NCBI GenBank assembly: GCA_016748015.1
Contig: JAAOMT010000571.1
Coordinates: forward strand, 685,095 to 749,094
Source of the DNA: Geosiphon pyriformis uo1
Taxonomy: Eukaryota; Fungi; Glomeromycota
Direction of reading: 5' to 3'
DNA: 64,000 nt
Shown here: one piece after another, positions 27,817 through 41,100 of the stretch
Numbering within the stretch: the first letter of the stretch is position 1
Layout of the letters: every line of letters starts with the position of its first letter
Made by a program: the position numbers and the translations under genes
The notes under the pieces: generated by a model
Databases searched by the model: none
What the model was told of the DNA's origin: nothing
The model's input: only the letters and a program-made list of their open reading frames with translations

Positions 27817-30800
27817 ATGTCAAAATTTCCTATAATCCTTGGAACACCTCCTGCGTCCTGGCCTAGTGAGTTAAGCTGCAGAGTTCATTCAGGAATATCA
27901 GGTAAGCGTTTGATTTTGTGATCTACTCCTAGAGAAAATAATTTCTGACTGGAATCTCAAAAAATTTACCCATTCCCTTCTTGTAGAATGTATTATCAGA
28001 ACAATTGAACCCGTTGGCCATTATTTTCTTGCCCATGCGCGTCGAAAATTACATAATCACTCTTTTTCGGAAGATCAGCGAATCCAGGATGCAACGCAAA
28101 CTGCGGCAATCGAGGAAGATATTCATGAGGATTCTGAAGAAGAAACTCTAGAATTATTAAATAGAGATCCTAAAGAATGGAAGGTACATTCCGCATAATC
28201 AACTTTTATGCTTAATGTCAATTATAATTAGTTATTTGAATTCCCTAGTCTTTTTCTGAATAAATAATGTTAGGATCAGGATCATTATGCTGTTTTAGGG
28301 CTCTCCAATTTTCGGTGGAAAGCGACTGATGAGCAGATCAAGCTTGCTTGTAAGTATAAGACTTTATAGGGTTGATAAAGGTAGCTTTTTTGTTTCCCTA
28401 CTAATCTCATTTCTCTGATAGACAGAAAGAAAGTTCTCAAACATCACCCTGACAAAAAAGCATCAAGTGGAAACACAAACGATGACGCTTTTTTTAAATG
28501 CATCCAGAAAGGTATTCTTTTTTTAGATATAAGCTTTACCTGATAGTTTTTTTAAAGATTTCAATCGAGAATTAAATTGCTAGCCCATGAAATTTTATCG
28601 GATCCGACTAAGCGTCGTCAGTATGATTCTGTCGATATTGAAATTGATGACTCACCACCTAGTTTGAAGCTTAAAGGGGATTTCTTTGAGATATATCGCC
28701 CCGTTTTTGAACGAGAAGCAAGGTAATTTCAATTAATCATCACACCGCTTTAAACTTCCCATTTCGCATGACTCATCAACCAATAATATTTTCTCTAGGT
28801 TTTCTAATAAAACACCTGTCCCGCCTTTAGGTGATATTAATACAACTAAAGAAGATTTGGAAGCTTTCTATGATTTTTGGTTAAGAAAATTCTATTAATT
28901 TATGTGCTGTCTGAATATGACAAATACTAAGGTGATCAAATTATTAGGTACAATTTCGATTCTTGGCGGTCATTCGAATATTTGGACAAGGAAGACGCGG
29001 ACAGTACTGACAAGTGCGTTAATATAAAATATCAAAAATTGATAAAATATCCATTCCGATATCTAATTATTAAATTTTTTAAAGTCGCGATGACAAGCGC
29101 TACCTCGAGCGCAAAAATAAGACTGAAAGAACTAAACGCAAAAAAGATGATATTGCACGGCTTAGAAAGATTGTCGGTACGTTACACTCGACTTAGTCGC
29201 TTCTTGTAAAATAAAAATTTATAGATATTAACTGGGAAGATCCATTCCCTGGTAGATAACGCTTTACTTTTAGATCCTCGTATTCAAAAGTATAAACAGG
29301 AGGAAAAGGCAGCCAAGGAAGCGAAGAAAAAAGAGAAAGAGGAGGCAGCTAAGCGAGTTGAGGAAGAGGCAAAGAAGGTAATTTTGGATCCTAATCGTTT
29401 GTTATGATTGGTTTAAAACTGGCATTATGATGCCAATAATGTTTCAATCAAGCTTGATTGAGCTTTGCAATGTTCAAGAGAAATAGGGATTCAAAATTCT
29501 TTTAGTGCGAAAGTATATCAACTAGCCAATTTTTCGGTCTGGTCGTTCAATCGAATTGTGAAAAAAGAAATCGTTCAAATACAAAGAGCAAGACAAGCAG
29601 TGGACTTTTCATATTATTTTTCTCGATAGAGTTGATGTTTCTGTTGAGAAAAGGGCTAAATTCATTTTTGATTGGAAACATGATCACTTATAAGGCAAAG
29701 ACAGCTCTAATTAAAGCTCTATTTTATCCCAATCAAGGCCGTTGAAGAACAGAAAAAGAAACAAGAAGAGGCTGAAGCTGAGGCTAAGCAAAAGGTGAAT
29801 AGTCTTAATATTCTTTGAATGCAACAATAGTATTTCAATTTATCCTTAAATGAGACTTTTCACATTAGCAATTAGAAGAAAAAAAAGGAAAAGCGGCCAA
29901 GAAAAAAGCCATACGCAACGAACGAAAAAATATAAAAAATATTGTAAAGGTAATTAATTCCATTTTTCGAATCAGCTGAGATAACATAATTTTTAATTGC
30001 TCAATTTATTAGGAGCAAAATTATTTCTATCCCGAAGGTGAAATTGCCCCAGTAGATGTTATTGAAGTTCAACTTTCCGAGTTAGATATCCTATTAGAGA
30101 GTCAAAGTGTAGAAGAATTGCAACAACTCAAAGAGAACTTGGTAAGTGCAACTAGTAAAAATGAAGCCAAAAGAGTAATGCGAAATGAGGTCGCAAGGCT
30201 GTTGAAAGCGGGAATATTGAGTGCAGGAGTGATAATATATTTTAATCCAGGTGAATTTTAGTATTTTTTTTGATTTGATATGAATCATTTATTTTCTTTC
30301 CTCTAACCTTCAATTAATTTAGTACCAGGAGAGGAGGACTCTCCTGTCGCTGAAAATCTCAATGGAAAAGAAAATGAGATAATTGCGGAAAAAAATAATG
30401 TTAAAAAGGGAGAGAAAGAAAAAAAATTCAGAGATAAAGCTGAGTGGTCCGTGGAAGAAATTTCTATGTTAATTAAGGCTGCAAACAAATTTCCGGGAGG
30501 AACAGTGAATAGGTGAAAATGGATGGCTTTATAGTAACTAGCAGTAACAGGTTAAGGTTCGAAAGCACCCTTAATTAACTAAAAATAAATGCGCAGATGG
30601 GAGACTATAAGTGATTATGTGGCATTACACACTGGATTACCCTCGCGGACTAATGAAGAGCTGATTCACAAGTCTAATGAGGTTAAAAAAGGTGACTTAA
30701 TCGTACAAATAAGGATATTCATGTTCTTTCTTAAGGTCTTATGCCTTTTATTTTGAAATGAAAATAGGAGGGGTAACAGCACTCGATGAAGAAGCGGTAC

Positions 30801-31611
30801 GAAAATTACAGCATCAAAAGAAACATGCTGATACACGAATTAGTGAGGACCCTTCAATGCGTGAAGCTACTATTAATTATGACGACCCTGTCCATCTGAA
30901 TGATGAAAGAATCAAAGATGAAAAAACGTCGAAAAATAAATTATCCAAAAAGAAAAATAAATCTGGATCAACATTCACCTCAAAAAATCCATCGGACTCA
31001 TCATCCAAATCAGCAGAAGCTCCAATTTCTTCGGGGATTGCCCCCGATTCCATTGAAAACGGTGAATTTGAAGCCAATGAGAAATTTACGATTGTTTCAC
31101 CGATGTCATCAAAATTGCCCGATGTGGTGTCACTGCAAGAAGGTCCGAAACCATCAACTGTCGACATAAATTCCACTGAGAAACCTATAAATTCACAATC
31201 ATCAACACTGGTGACTCAAATTTCAAACACCTTATCGGCTTCGTCGGTACAATCTTGGACTGCAGCTCAACAGAGTCAATTGGAACGAGCTTTGCAAGCT
31301 TATCCTTCCACATGGAAGGGATCTGGGGAGCGGTGGGACAATATTGCTGCTGCTGTCGAGGGCAAGACGAAAAAAGAATGTAGATTAAGGGTTAAAGTAA
31401 GTTTTGCAACAAAGAAATTGTGATGGTCCTTGAATCACTCGCTCGAGCATTCAGGTTTGCTACAGGCGACCCGCGACTGTGTATGCTCGAACGAATGCTC
31501 TGATGCAAATTAAGATAATTTTGTATTTGGGTAGCTAATAACTCAATATATGTCATTTAGTACCTTACTGAGCAAGTCAAGGCCAAGAAAGCCATTACTG
31601 GAGGAAAATAG
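27817..31611 (+). CDS. ZUO1: Zuotin / DNAJC2 (MPP11/ZRF1-like) ribosome-associated J-protein with two C-terminal SANT domains, 16 exons
   Basis: IEPVGHYFLAHARRK, RDPKEWKDQDHYAVLGLS, HHPDKK J-domain, WYNFDSWRSFEYLDKE zuotin homology domain, charged middle domain, four-helix bundle. SANT1 WSVEEISMLIKAANKFPGGTVNRWETI and SANT2 WTAAQQSQLERALQAYP...RWDNIAAAVEGKTKKEC. Confidence 0.93.
29378..29737 (+). ncRNA. Candidate intronic structured RNA (H/ACA snoRNA-like) in zuotin intron 9
   Basis: 360-nt intron versus ~70-90 nt for most others in the gene. G-U-supported stem 29618-29652, ANANNA at 29591, ACA at 29678. Confidence 0.4.
31420..31503 (+). ncRNA. Candidate box C/D-like or hairpin RNA in the last zuotin intron
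   Basis: GTGATGG (C-like) at 31420, CTGA (D) at 31500, internal stem 31439-31450 pairing with 31483-31494. Confidence 0.4.
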
Positions 31612-33003
31612 ACGGTAAGATCAAATCTTGAAATTTTGATCATTTCAGACAAAGTATACTTTTTTGTTATATACTGTAACATATTGAATAGTAGAGCATG
31701 GTTCTTTACTGGTCGTATTTTGCCATCAAAATTTCAAAAAAAAAAAATCTGAGGTATTTTTGCCGAAATTTTTGGCTATTACCATTACTTAAAGAAAATT
31801 TGCCTAGTCATTTTTCTGTTGACAACGCTCACTTTCTGAGGCTTTGTTGCCCACCTAATGTATTCCTAAGTTTAAAAAACTCCCACTCCTATCTTCCCTA
31901 TGATAGGATATCCGAGAACTTCCGATCCCTATATTATATTCATATTTTCAAATTTTCAAATTTTCGTCACTATTGAAAATAAAACAATTTTAAAAATTTG
32001 AACAATTGTGGATTTGTGGATTTGTGCGACAAGGCTCTTGTTTCGCCAGAATTCATCATAGGGGGAAAGAGCCTTCGCGCAGTTGGACAAGGTTTTAATA
32101 ATTTATGCACGATTTTCATTTATAATGTATCACGAAAACGTCGTGTGACCATCGTGTGACATTCTCAGTGACGTTTGTGCGGTTCCGATTTTTTAAAATT
32201 AGGCTGGGCAATGTTTATATTTGTTTATAAAACATCTGGACAAATCTTATTGGTCTACTGACGTAAAATTTCCATCACACAGGGTATTTATCCATAATTA
32301 GTAATAATCTTCGGATTGTTATCTTCGTTGGGGTGATTACATAATTATTGGGGCAACCGCATAAGGGTGAGGGCGTCCTGCTGTGACACCTTTGTACAAG
32401 GTTCAGAATTTTTTTGGCTGTTATTTAGGTAGTACAGCACGATATTTTTTTTATTGTTGCAGGGGTGCGTACGTGAAGAAAACCATCCTTATCATTGAGC
32501 TTGGTATTGTAAACGTATAGCAAAATTTTCAACCAACGACTGAGCGGTTTATTATAAAATGGCAGGAACCGCTTTTTCCTGCACTGGTTTTGATTCTTCA
32601 ACTCCCAAACCAAAGATCCAAATATTGTTTTTCGCGGAAAAAAAATCCGAGGTTAACGATACAAACTCACAATTATCATTACAATGTGAGTCGAAAAAAA
32701 TAATGTCGAATTACCTTGTTTGTTAATGATAAACCTTTATTCGATCACTCCCTTTTAATAAAAGAAAGGGAAAGGATGATGTAAAAAAACTTGGTCATTA
32801 TGGAAGAGCTCAAAACTTTGAGCCGAAGATGTAACAAACAATTTATATAGGTGGTAGTTGTACAAAAAGATACATTTGATGTTAGTTTAACATCTAGTCT
32901 ACCTTTTTGGTCATATGACGTAAATTATCAGCTCATGATCACCTTCCAAAAATGGTTAAACTAAGAATTCTATCAAACTTTATTTTTCAGATCCAGCGGA
33001 CGA

Positions 33004-33851
33004 ATGTTCCCTGGTCACCACAACACGCCCTTCGGCGGGGTGCCTTCCCAAGCAAATCTTGCAAATAATATTCACCCGGCGGTTCCCACCCAGAATGCAT
33101 TGAACGGGCAACAGCAACAACTAAATTTTAGTCAACAACAAACCATTGCTGCTGCTAACCCTGTTCCCGGAGACGTTTCAGCTTCAAACCAAACAAGGTC
33201 CGGGAAGCGACGAAGTTCGAGGTCGCGGATTGAAGGTGCACAAACAGCACTACAGTCTGTTCGTCCACAATTCGTTTCTCCTCAAAACGGCCAGGCTCGC
33301 CCTCACATCGCTTCACGGCAGGTGCAATCTCACCCTTCGCTATATCAAACCGCTATGCACAACTCTCAGCAACAGCAACAAGGTCTTCAATCAATGGGGC
33401 CTTATATAGTTCCTACGGCGACTCAACAGTTCATTGCGATGCAACAACATTCAATGACAGGACTTAACATACAACCCGGATTATTGTCACCTGTGAGTTC
33501 AGAACACCAAACTAATTTAATTAAGAAGACTTCTAATCAATATTTTAAATAAATCCAACAGCAACAACAAATTTGCCAAAATGCACAAGCATTTATGTCC
33601 AGGAGGAACCCTATAATTCCCAATAACTTTAATCAAGCTCCAAATAACTTTACCCCATCTAATGGACAAAGTTATCTGCGTAAGGTTCACCTTGAATCTC
33701 TTTATATCCCAGAGTTTACTCAATCTAATAATTACTTTTACCTTTCCCACTACCAGCCCTCCTTCCACATCCCCTTAATATGTCTATACCGCAGAACCAA
33801 ACGTCACAGCAGATTATCCATCCTCAACAGCGTATGGCTTATATAATTTCA

Positions 33852-33898
<47 letters not shown>

Positions 33899-36885
33899 AC
33901 AACAGCAACAGCAACAACAACAGCAACAGCAACAACAACAGCAACAGCAACAACAACAGCAACAACAACAACAACAACAACTGCAAATCCAAACACATCG
34001 ACAACAGATGCAACAACAGCAAGATGTTGAACGTCCTGAAACGTTTGATGAAGTAGTACAAAAAAATAATGAAATTCTTCAAGGCATGTTAGAAGAATTT
34101 GGTCAGCCGCAATATTTCTCTGATGCATGCCAGCGATTCGCAGACTGGTTGAACGATGAGAGAGCCTATGTGGATCAGCAACAAGAAAAGATTTACCAGT
34201 GTCTCAAGGTATTGCAGAAAATATTTTTTAGTCAATCCTCTCCCTCATTAGGCTCACAAGTTTATTTTATAAAGCTCATCCATCAAAATATGGAGCGATT
34301 TCGTATGGACACAGGCTATAAAGTATTCGCTGAAGTCGCAAAATTTCTGAATAAGTTTAAAGACAATTCTCACAAAGGTAAATTGATGATTTGGTTTTTA
34401 CATGATATTAAAAAAGATAGCTATTATTTAACTATCTTGGCCATTTTTCAATTAGTGAAAATTACCGAGTGGATAAATCAAGCTTCGTTTCAAAGACCAT
34501 CCTCGATCCTCCAACAGGCCAACCCCATGCAAATGAATGCAAATGCTAACAATTATAGTAGCCAACATGTAAATACTTCATTTTCCTCGCCAAAAAATGG
34601 TGCCAAAAAACGAGGAAATCGACCTACAGTTAATCAGCAAACCGCCACTCGAAAAACTTCTATCTCCACTCAACAAGTACCTATTGTCATGTCACAAATC
34701 ACCCCAGTACAGCAACCACTACCACAACTGCCACCTGAAAACGAACCCTTATATTTGCGACCTGACCCTTCTCAGCGCGCTATTGAATTTACGATACGGC
34801 ATGGTCAAGCGACGGAACAACAGTTCCAAGTAGATCCCCATAATTTGAACAGGATTTGGAGGTAAAATATTTCTTGTTATTATGACCAAATTATATTAAA
34901 AATATAAATATTCCATAATTCTATATCAAATTGATACATATTTTAGACTAGAAAATCCATTCATCCCTTCTATTTACACGCCTGTCCATGACCTCCCTCT
35001 AACGATCCGATTGATATGTCGAAAGGGTAGACCTGAGGAAGAAAAATGCGAATGGCCTGATGGCTTACGAATTTTTCTCAACGCAAAGGAGTTGTCTTTT
35101 GAAAAGGTAATCACTCATTGGCAAAATCTGAATTTTTAGAGTAAATCTCTTATTAAAATTTATTTAAAATTATCCTTAGAGGATTAAACAATTGGTTCCT
35201 GGTCGCACTGACCAATTTGTATATAACGGTGTAGACCGACCTCTAGACCTTAGCCGACATATTCGACAAGGGACCACCCAGAGCCTAAAATTAATAGCCT
35301 CCAACGCTAATTGCGTTTGCGTAAGTCTTATAGAAATCTTCTTACTGAATCAGCATATGACATTTTTAATTAGTAAAAGATTCTAATCAATTACTAAAAC
35401 AATTAGCCTAATAATGGAAATCGTATTCCTTCTTGTGGGGTAAATTTATATATTTTGAATCATATTGAAACTATTCTGCGTGCAGAAAATTTTAATTCAG
35501 CAGCTTCCTAATATCTTTATAAAACTTATAGTCATGGCGTTTCTCTGTGGAACATCTATTGAGAGAAACTCGCGAAATAGTTCTTCATAATGCTCGCCAA
35601 CAGAAGATATCAGTCGAAGAAGGCATAAGAGCTGGTATTCAAAAAGGATCTTAGAATTATTACTTAACATTCTGCCGTCAAATTACTCACGCTGATTTTT
35701 TTAGTTAATAAGCTAGTGTCCGGCTTTCATGCCAGCGACGATGACGAGGTGTGCATAACGCAATCTGTTGTAAAAGTTAGTTTACAATGTCCGCTCACTT
35801 TAAGTCGAATTAAAGAGCCCGTCAGAGGGGTTGATTGCCATCACGTGTCTGTAAGTACCGTAAAAAGATATTTTTGTCTTTTGCCATTGATTATTATTGC
35901 TCATTTTTTTATCCCTGAATCTTAGTGTTTTGACTTAGAAAGTTATATCGAGGTTAACAGAATAAAGCAAACATGGTCATGCCCTGATTTTGGATGCGGG
36001 TAAAATTCTTTTCAAATAGTTTTATTGATCCGGTTATCTAAATACTAAAACAATTAAACTTGCTCATCTATTTATTCATATCAGAAATAAGGTAACTGCC
36101 GACAAACTTCGGGTCGATATGTTCTTTCAGAAGCTTTTGAATGAAGTTCCAATGTTAGTAAAGCTTCAGCCAATGCTAAGAATGTTTTTATATGTTTTTA
36201 TTCATCTTGTTATTTATTGAATTATATAGAGACGTGAATATGATTGAACTTTTAGAGAATGGTGAATGGAGGGCTCTCTCAGATTGTACTACAGACGAGG
36301 AAATATCTACCAAAAATTTGTCTAAAAAGCGAAAGCAAAAATCAGCGGCTGAAGCTGAAACGCACGAAGTCATAGTTTTAGATGATAGTGATGACGAACC
36401 TGAACAGCCCTCACCTCAATTTGCTTCATTTGCTGCGGTCAGTGTTCCACTGCCAACTGCTAGAGCGTCATCACTAACTGGAACCCTGGAAATACCAGAA
36501 AGGCCACCGCCAACACCAGTGCCACAGTCTTTAATGCCTAATATCTCTTTAAATAATATTCCTTCAAGTAACCTTTATCGACCGCCTATCATTACTGAAA
36601 CCGCTCCATATCAACCGGATCACCCAGCTGTGTTAGACAACCATAATAGCATGAACGGTAAATAACATATATCAGCCTTGAAAATTTATCATAATTTGAC
36701 ATCTCTTATACATCCTAAATAAGAATTTTCCTATAGACAGAGAGCCGATTGTAAATAATTTTCAAGAATCAATACCAATCCACCTCAAATCCGCCCAGAC
36801 CAATAACATAACTGATGATTCAGGAAGTCTCACGGAAGAAGAAGAGGAGGAAGTTATGGACTCGGGTACGGTCTATAAAGGATGA
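33004..36885 (+). CDS. SP-RING/MIZ zinc-finger protein (Siz/PIAS/ZMIZ-like, putative SUMO E3 ligase) with Q-rich N-terminus, multi-exon
   Basis: VSLQCPLTLSRIKEPVRGVDCHHVS|CFDLESY...TWSCP SP-RING, RVDMFFQKLL, SIM-like EVIVLDDSDDE. GT-AG introns; stop at 36883-36885. Confidence 0.88.
33852..33980 (+). repeat. CAA/CAG tract encoding 43 glutamines
   Basis: (CAACAG)7, (CAACAACAACAGCAACAG)3, CAACAACAACAG, (CAA)7. Confidence 0.97.
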
Positions 36886-38189
36886 ATCAAAATGATTCAG
36901 TTCATTTGGCATAAATATTTTCCCTTCCCCATCCGTTTGTAAATTTCACTCGTACGTTCCCTTTTGTACATTCCAAAAAAAAACACCATTTTCAAATTAT
37001 TAGAAACTAAATTAGCCCACAAACGAAAATTTATATAAAATAGTTCATTCCCAATTTCGAAAGACCGAAATGTGAAATAAAATTCAAAACCTTATGAATT
37101 GTCGCGATTCCTAACTCTTGGTTTATCTATGAGTTTATTAATATTTCATTATCTCTATTAGGTTTTGGTGGATCTTCAAATCACCATGAAAAAAACAAAC
37201 ATCAGTTGTCTTTTTTACTTAATAACAGGATTTCCTGAAGATGATGAAAATGAAGTTCTGTAATTTTCTGGTAAAGTTAGAATTGCCTCGCAAAACAGTC
37301 AAAACATTTTATTTAGTATTGTTCTTTATGGTATTCTGTTTCTTGATTATAAAAGAGCGAATTATGATTTTTATCAAATCAATGGTTTAATACAATCCGG
37401 TTTTTTTAAATAAAAATAAATCACAAAAGCTTAATTTGGATGTTTTATATTTTATGAAAATTTAACAGGGAATTTTTTGTTATTATTTATTATAATTTTG
37501 AACAACATAATATTTATTATACATTTTTATGAAAAAATAACATTAAAAATAATTTAATTTTTAATATTAAAGTAAAATATTAACTAAATGATTTTTAAAT
37601 CAAATTATAATATAATTAGGGCTCCGAAAGAATCGAGTCAGCTCTCTTTGACTCGGTACTTGACTCGCCGAGTCTTATATATAAGTAGATCAAATCTCAA
37701 TTTAGCTCTTTTTAACTTGAAAAATGACAGATGATCAGAATAATATATTTGTTTTTGAAAATAATATGTTTTATAGTAATATTGAAGTAGATACTATAGT
37801 TATTATGACTAAAAAAAAGAAGTAAGCATGAATTTGGAATTTTTATGAGCAATTTAGCAATAAAAAAACTAAATATAGTTTTTACAAATAAATATTTTCA
37901 ATTATAAAAATATTTTTTTATTTATTATTTATTATTGTTTATTTGTTTAGTCTATTTATTAATAAGTTTTTAATAGTCAAGATACAAAACAGAATAGATC
38001 CAATACTTTTTATTAATAAAATATTTATAACAGAAACACTTTAATAAAATTAACAAAAAATCTATTAAATCAGAACTAATAAATAAATTTTTAAAATTAA
38101 AAATAAATATTTATAATTTTTTTAAATATTTTTTTTTAATTTATTTTTAAAAATATTTTTTATAATAATTAATTAGTAAAAATAAACTA

Positions 38190-41100
38190 TTTATTATTAT
38201 TATTATTATTTTTTAGCTTTTAATGAGTGAAACCCAATCACTATCTAGTACAAAAAGCCAAACTAAATAACTTACACTAGATGCAACTCACACACTCTCT
38301 ACATGTGGCTAGTCACTCAGACCAGACAAGACAACACTACACACCTAAAACAACACAAAATTTACAATCTAAACCTGTAAAAAAAAGACAAAGCCATTGA
38401 TGACCAAAACTAACAGCAAAAGACTCAATGATACCAAGCATTCTAATCACTTTTTCTGACAGGACAGATCTGCTGCAATGTAACAAACCCAAGACCAAAT
38501 CATCATTGCCAGCCAACCCCACTCTTTCCATATCTGCCCTATGTTTATATCTCACCAGCCAAATTTTAGAGTGATATAACTCAGCCAACCACCTAATAAA
38601 CCCAACAACCACACAAAGAGCTTTCTTCTTCTCATCAAAAACATCAACAGCTTTCTCACACCAGTCTCTAAGCACATACCTCTTGCACAAAACCGAGTAC
38701 AAGCCAATATCTAAAGAGCACTGACTAAGAGTCTGCAATACAGCAGAAGAAAACAGGCCATTGACATTCAACAAAGAAGTTCAAAATACAAAAACCTCAG
38801 CCAAAACCTCTCCCCAAATCCCAGCATCCAATACACAAGTAAAAACATGATCAGGCAGTTCTATTTTACTATACAACAAACACAACATGCTAGGATATTC
38901 CCTATTATACAATCTCTTCCTAACTGTTACAGGCAGCTGTTAGTACACAGTTTTCATCAAATATATATGCAAACTGGAAGATTCCTGACTAGTAAAGCTG
39001 GCAAGCATATGAAAATCAGGATGCCAAATCCTAGCCGTCACACTCTAGTCTATACACCCAACTATATCACTTGGAACAACAATCTGGTCAGGACTAGCTT
39101 TCTAACGAGCACAGCAAATAGACTGAAACACATCCCTAACAAAATAACAGGCATTACCAGATATGGCCATAGCTTTAGCCACCAGAAAATGTTCACACAC
39201 CCCCACAGGCAAAGAGAACTTAGAACATATAGCATGACCAGCAGCAGCATTAGCCACCTCATTATCTACAACCCCAGAATGGCCTTTAACTTTCACTTAT
39301 CTTACAATAAGATCTTTATACCTAATCAAATTAAAAATGTGACATTTTTCTATCCAGCACAGAACATAAAAGTCAGGCATGACCAAAGACATTTTGAATA
39401 CATATGCATTAATAGCAGTCTGGCTGTCAAGATACAACATCACAGTGCAAAAAAATGGAATGCACTCTAATGCCAGAGCAACCACCTGCAACTCAGATAA
39501 AGTAGAAGACAATAGACCCTAAATCTTAACACCAATACTCAGATTCACAGAAAAAAAATATGTAGCAGCACCACCAGCAACACCAGCAACACCAGCAGTC
39601 CCAACATCCCTTAATAAACCATCTGTATAGATATCAAACAAATTGGACCAAATTTCATGCAAACCACTTTGAATATCAGAGAACTCCACAGAATTCAGAA
39701 TATTCAGCCCAGGTAAAAGACCACCTCCAGCATGGACAGTTGATGAAGAGTCCACATTCATCAAAAACTTTGAAACAGTTACAAACCAGAAAAGAACAGG
39801 GCCTCTCAGATCCAATCTCTTCCAACAACAAAAGGTCTTCCAATCTATTATGCGACCCTTTTTATTAAACAGCTTGTCACCAAAAGTGATACCAAAATGG
39901 TTCAACAAATGAACTGAGTTAAAGTAAAGAGCATTCCCCAACACAGACAATATAGGAAACATACCAGAACTATAAAAGACACTTGGCAAATTATTAGCTA
40001 AAAACAGCTCACAATCCAAAAAAATCTTAACCACACCAGCCAGAAAATTGTTTACAGAGCTAACATGTAACTTAACAGGGAACTGCAAGAGGTTTAGTGA
40101 AGTCCAACCCAAAACTTGCAAATCCAAAAATTTATGATTGAATAGATATCTGAGAATGCCAAGAGCATTAGAAAATAAAACTACAGCAGCTGATTTACAC
40201 TCTGACTGTATTTGCTCAAAAGACTTCAAGCCATATAATAAGGAATGATGTAATGCTTCAACTGGAAAATTATGTGGCAAATGTGTCTTAAACTTAAGAT
40301 CTTTCTGAACCATAGCATCCCACTTACAACAAACCCCCAATGAGACAAAACTAAACTGAATTCTATAGCTAACAATGGGCTGCAGAATAGCCAAAACCAA
40401 ATAGGAGAACTGCTTGTCCATAATAATCTTTTTGAGCACCACATTAACAAAAAAACACACATCTGCATGAGCTTTGGCCACACTCAGCTTAGACAACTCT
40501 TTGATAGACAGAAAAATATCCAAGTATCTATGAGCCTCACCTTTTTTAGTTATTGAAATTGGCTAACCACTTATGCTCAAAGATGCCACCCTAATACCTT
40601 GATTAATAAGAATGGCCACAGTTTTTTTATTGTTGATAGAAATGTCATTGATTGCAAAAAACTCACTAGCAATATTCAGAGCATATTGCATTAATATTTG
40701 ACAGTTACTAATCCAAATTGTATTATCCACAAATGCACCAGCAGCAAAAAAAGAGGACATTCTACCACTAGTCTTAATTTTACCAGTTTTAGCTACAAAC
40801 TTTGTGTCAATTTGATAACCACACAAATGCTCATGTCTCTTAATTTCACATAGAAAGGGGTCATAAAAGATTTTCCAGAGAAGAGGCAAAAAAACCTTGT
40901 CTTGATCCAAGCTGTCACAAACCCTGTATCCACCAGTAAGACCAAAGCCTGTTATAACCCTATTTACCCTATCACCATATATACTACCAAAAAATTTGAT
41001 GAACCTATCACACATTTTGATCCAACATAAACTAGCCTCCAAGTGATGCCATTCCACAGAATCATAAGCCTTGTGCATGTCCTGAAAAACCAACCAAAGT

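Noticed and set aside
28512-28583. Possible U12-type intron (donor GTATTCTTT) in zuotin
   Set aside because: Donor differs from GTATCCTT and no TCCTTAAC branch site is visible.
32141-32923. TCGTGTGAC tandem pair and two TGACGTAA (CRE-like) sites upstream of the MIZ gene
   Set aside because: Plausible promoter elements but too short to distinguish from chance without conservation data.
33814-34128. Minus-strand poly-Leu and poly-Val/Ala ORFs
   Set aside because: Antisense shadows of the CAA/CAG polyQ tract.
38847-39470. 207-aa plus-strand ORF
   Set aside because: Antisense to LINE ORF2, with no recognisable motif.
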